From Octopus sinensis (taxonomy: Eukaryota), in assembly GCF_006345805.1 (NCBI RefSeq), contig NW_021836838.1, positions 1-37,048 of the forward strand: a DNA stretch of 37,048 nucleotides, given 5' to 3'. Positions 33,701 through 37,048 of the stretch are shown here, in pieces. The first letter of the stretch is position 1; every line of letters starts with the position of its first letter. The position numbers and the translations under genes are program-made. The notes below the pieces were generated by a model that saw only the letters and a list, made by a program, of their open reading frames with translations, had not been told where the DNA came from and made no database searches.

Positions 33701-34914
33701 CGTTTTCTCAATTTATAGAAAACTAACACTTTTAAAAATGAGTTTATTGTTACGCATTAAATGTTAAACTAAATTTGCTCCAGCTGGTCTATATAAACAG
33801 TAACCTATAGCTTTGAACAGCTTTATTATTTTGTTGTGTATTTACATGGCATATAATGTGTGAATAGAATTTCTCCCCCAGTTATCCAAGCAAAAAAATC
33901 AGAAACTTATGTTATCAATTTATTTAGAAGAATTTTGTACAAAGTTTGATACAAATAATTTTGTTGTGTCTGGGGAGAGTCATTCTCTTTTAGTGCCTTA
34001 TTATTTAACACACTCACCGGTAAAATTTCGTTTTGCTTTAATAGTAATTATCAATTTCTGAATAAGTTATTTTTATCTAATTTAAATATCTTGATTATTT
34101 AATTTGAAAATAATCAGGTTTGTTCACTTCTATCACAAAAGAATCCAATAAAAAGTGGAGAATACTTATGAATCTTCCTTTCCAATTCCACAAAAGTCTG
34201 CTCGGTAGAGCTTCCTGTCACATCTTATAATGTACATAAGGGTCTCATGTGTTTTACTTATTTAATCTTGGTCTCTGCTGTAAGAACTTGAAATCTAATT
34301 TCAAATTAAAATAACAGTGGAGTAATATGAAGGTAAATATTGTAGGGAAGAATTGTACTCTTCCTTTATCTGAAGTTATTCAAAAAGAGGGAGACACTGT
34401 GGCTTTTCCACAATCACATGCAATTAAAACAACAAATGTTGTGCCAGGATTTTTCAGCACAGCTATTGTTTAATTATAATTTTTTTTATTATTTTCATAT
34501 GTATAATAGTGAAGTTTTATTTTTACTGACGAAACTTTCAGTAATTAGTAAATAACGAAGGTCATAAAGTAAGAATATAAAATTAAATATTGTATATTGC
34601 ACTCAAAACCCCCTGAATTTTTATTAAACCACCGCCACTTTGGAGAGGCATGTCATAAACCACAACAGGACAAAGTGAGAAATATCCTTAGATACATCAT
34701 GTATTATATAGAATTATCTCTATAGGATATATAAAGGGAAAAGACATCAAACATATATATATATACCAGGCATTCTACTCTCAGCTAAAACTGAAGTAGA
34801 TAACTATCAATATAGCAGAAGATATTAAAGCTGTCTATATAACAATGGGGTTGTTTAGGGGGGGATTAGATATACAACAACAGCAACAAATAAATGAACA
34901 TTTCAAAGTTTGTC

Positions 34915-34920
34915 TTTATT
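34915..34920 (-). promoter_or_regulatory. Candidate poly(A) signal (AATAAA) of the death-domain gene
   Basis: TTTATT on the plus strand, about 245 nt downstream of the TGA at 35163-35165. Confidence 0.45.
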
Positions 34921-34944
34921 TTAAATGTGAATTTTTAACAAAGG

Positions 34945-35150
34945 AGCCAAACCAGTGAAGGGATCACTATGTGGTTGATATACCTGCTAGAATTAGTAGC
35001 TAAATTCACACGATATCACTGTACAGAAGGGCATATTGGACAATGTGGTTGTGGGTTCTCTTTGGAAATAGGCATGATGGTCCTGGCTGGAATGCGTTTG
35101 ATCATAAGTCTCTGTTTGGTCAAGGTTAATCTGAGGCTAAACAACAACAG
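34945..35150 (-). repeat. Repeat family E copy inside the predicted 3' UTR
   Basis: Reverse complement GTTGTTTAGCCTCAGATTAACCTTGACCAAACAGAGACTTATGATCAAACGCATTCCAGCC aligns by eye with 27260-27330. Confidence 0.6.
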
Positions 35151-35162
35151 TTACACAGAAAT

Positions 35163-35362
35163 TCACTTTGCGTCTAATGACAGACATTCCATCGCAGCGA
35201 AACATTCAGCTTCTTCAAGAGCTGCACGTAATGTTGCGTGTGTCCGTGTTTCTGGGTCGCAATTTTTGAACCATTCCTTAAGCATCAGGTAGCCTTGTTT
35301 TACAGTGACATTAGACTCATCATCAATTTTCAGTTTAGTTGTATCAACTTCTAAAACAATAA
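35163..35362 (-). CDS. Terminal coding exon of a death-domain-containing protein
   Basis: Acceptor TTTTGCAG| at 35363 (alternative in-frame TTTTAG| at 35351). Encodes IVLEVDTTKLKIDDESNVTVKQGYLMLKEWFKNCDPETRTHATLRAALEEAECFAAMECLSLDAK*, with the Q.Y.ML..W and T.A.L..AL patterns of death-domain helices 4-6. Confidence 0.75.
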
Positions 35363-35689
35363 CTGCAAAAGACACAACAATAAGAAATAAATGCAACAAC
35401 ATTGACAATAACATAAAACGCTGTGTACTGTAGGTTGTTATGAATATAACAAACAAACTTTATCATTAGAGAAGTAAAAAAAGAAATAGCTAAGAAACAT
35501 GAAAAATATAAGACATTGTTTTCTATTGACAAAAATAACAAAGAGTTTGAATTAAACGAGATTTTTAAAGAAAATTAATTGAAAATTATACTTGAGAAAA
35601 TATATGGTAAACGAGGGCAGGAAAACTTTTGTGAAGGCAAAAGTATATCAGAACCTCAAGAATTAACATTGACCTCCAACAGTGAAAGC

Positions 35690-36000
35690 ATATGATCCAT
35701 CCATTTCCTCTGCTCAATATTCTTGAAAGGGCTGTGGGGAAAGAGTCCTCAGGCACCTCCTCCATAGGGTCCTATCAGAAGCATCCATCATTAGACATTC
35801 TGCTTGTATTCTATGATGTGAAGAACTAAGACTATGGATATCATCCAACCATTTCTTTCTTGGCCTTCCCCTCGGTACCCTGTTCCATTGGTTTGACTTT
35901 GAGAACCTGTCCTGTAATTCATTCCTGCAACACCCTGATCACATGTCCGAGGTACCACAGATGTGGAGGAGATGTGGTTCAACCTGGAGAGACTCCCAGA
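35690..36000 (-). mobile_element. RTE-like LINE 3' remnant in the intron
   Basis: Minus translation RVPRGRPRKKWLDDI..DASDRTLWRRCL. Confidence 0.65.
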
Positions 36001-36926
36001 TCTCTGAACTGTAAATCCTATTGAGTAACATTACTCCAAAGACCCTTTAGAGGAATCCCATATACCTGTCTTATTCTGGTAGATTTCAGACCTGGTATTC
36101 AAAAGGGTCATGAAAGTACTGTCCCTCTGTGCCATCTACTACCTTGCAAAGTTCCCAAGAGGACACTGGAAATCGAATGATCAGTGATTGTCCAACAGTC
36201 GATAATTCTAAGTCAAATTCAATCCCATTTCAAACTTCTCCAATGAACTCCAGGTTCGATCAATTCTACAGAGCCTATTCAGTTATTATTATGTCAGTCT
36301 CAATGAGAGATGCCACCTCCAGTTCGGCTTGACTTGTGAATGTTCATTTTCTGGTAAATTCCCTTAAAGGAATTCTCTGTTTTCGCCTGAGGAGAATGAT
36401 AGGATTTCGCTGTGTCACCTTTATTAAATCTCTTTTTATTGAAGCATTTACAGACATATGTCATGTGGTAAAGTCATTGCAAAATGGCAAAAAATTGGAA
36501 TTATCAGCTCCCAACACAATAACCCAATAAATAATGGCTGCAAGAAGAACCAAAATCAAATTTCTTGTTTGAAGAAAGATGCTTTGTTTTAGATGTGAAC
36601 TTTGGGACTTGTCTTCATTACAATAACCTAACAGTGAACCTAAAGAAAATGAAAAACAAATTCACTCCCTGTTTACCCTTAAACAATATATTTTAGTTCC
36701 TCTTCCAAAAGATAATATTAAACGCCATTTGTGTTCTAGTTTATCCATTATTACCAACCATGCTAACCTCAGTGGATATTTTATGAAATATCAGGAATAT
36801 CGTAAATAAAATTGTCATACAGGTAACCTATCAATTGGAAATGAGGAATGTAACTTGTTCTCATTCATTCTGACAAATAAAATAGATCAGGTGAAAGTAA
36901 AATATATAGAAATCAAATATACTCAC

Positions 36927-36998
36927 CCACTTGCCACCAATCACGTCCTAACCTCTTAGCCACTCTCAGAAGATCCCTCTCCTTCAGAACTGGACTCC
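36927..36998 (-). CDS. Internal 72-nt coding exon of the same death-domain gene
   Basis: TTATTTCAG| acceptor and |GTGAGT donor, phase 1-1. Encodes SPVLKERDLLRVAKRLGRDWWQV (death-domain helices 1-2, LG.DW motif) and splices in frame to the 35362 or 35350 acceptor. Confidence 0.8.
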
Positions 36999-37048
36999 CT
37001 GAAATAAATATTTCCAGTTTTATAATTGATTGTAAAACTTATTTATCT

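Noticed and set aside
36050-36330. Protein-like minus-strand reading (..FDLELSTVGQSLIIRFPVSSWELCKVVDG..)
   Set aside because: Multiple stops and no motif I recognise.

Overview
Eukaryotic, AT-rich, repeat-dominated DNA. It is most likely from an octopod cephalopod, inferred from the tRNA-derived SINE types and the very high microsatellite load. There are no prokaryotic features and no CRISPR array. Most long ORFs in the supplied track are microsatellite artefacts. The only host gene I can support is the 3' end of a minus-strand death-domain gene (exons 36927-36998 and about 35163-35362, poly(A) signal 34915-34920). The rest is transposon remnants: non-LTR fragments (Tx1/L1-like ORF1 and ORF2, CR1, several RTE, R4/Dong-type), a Penelope-like RT fragment, mariner-like and probable Chapaev-like transposases, a complete non-autonomous Helitron, a small MITE and at least four SINE families. 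Two structures stand out. One is an intact-core type I hammerhead ribozyme with an unusually long (85 nt) structured stem II at 10492-10601, inside an 82-bp near-perfect inverted repeat typical of Penelope-like pseudo-LTRs. The other is a 1.8-kb array in which one SINE head is followed by about nine head-less, mosaic 184-bp body copies. All family assignments rest on motif recognition by eye; no database searches were run.
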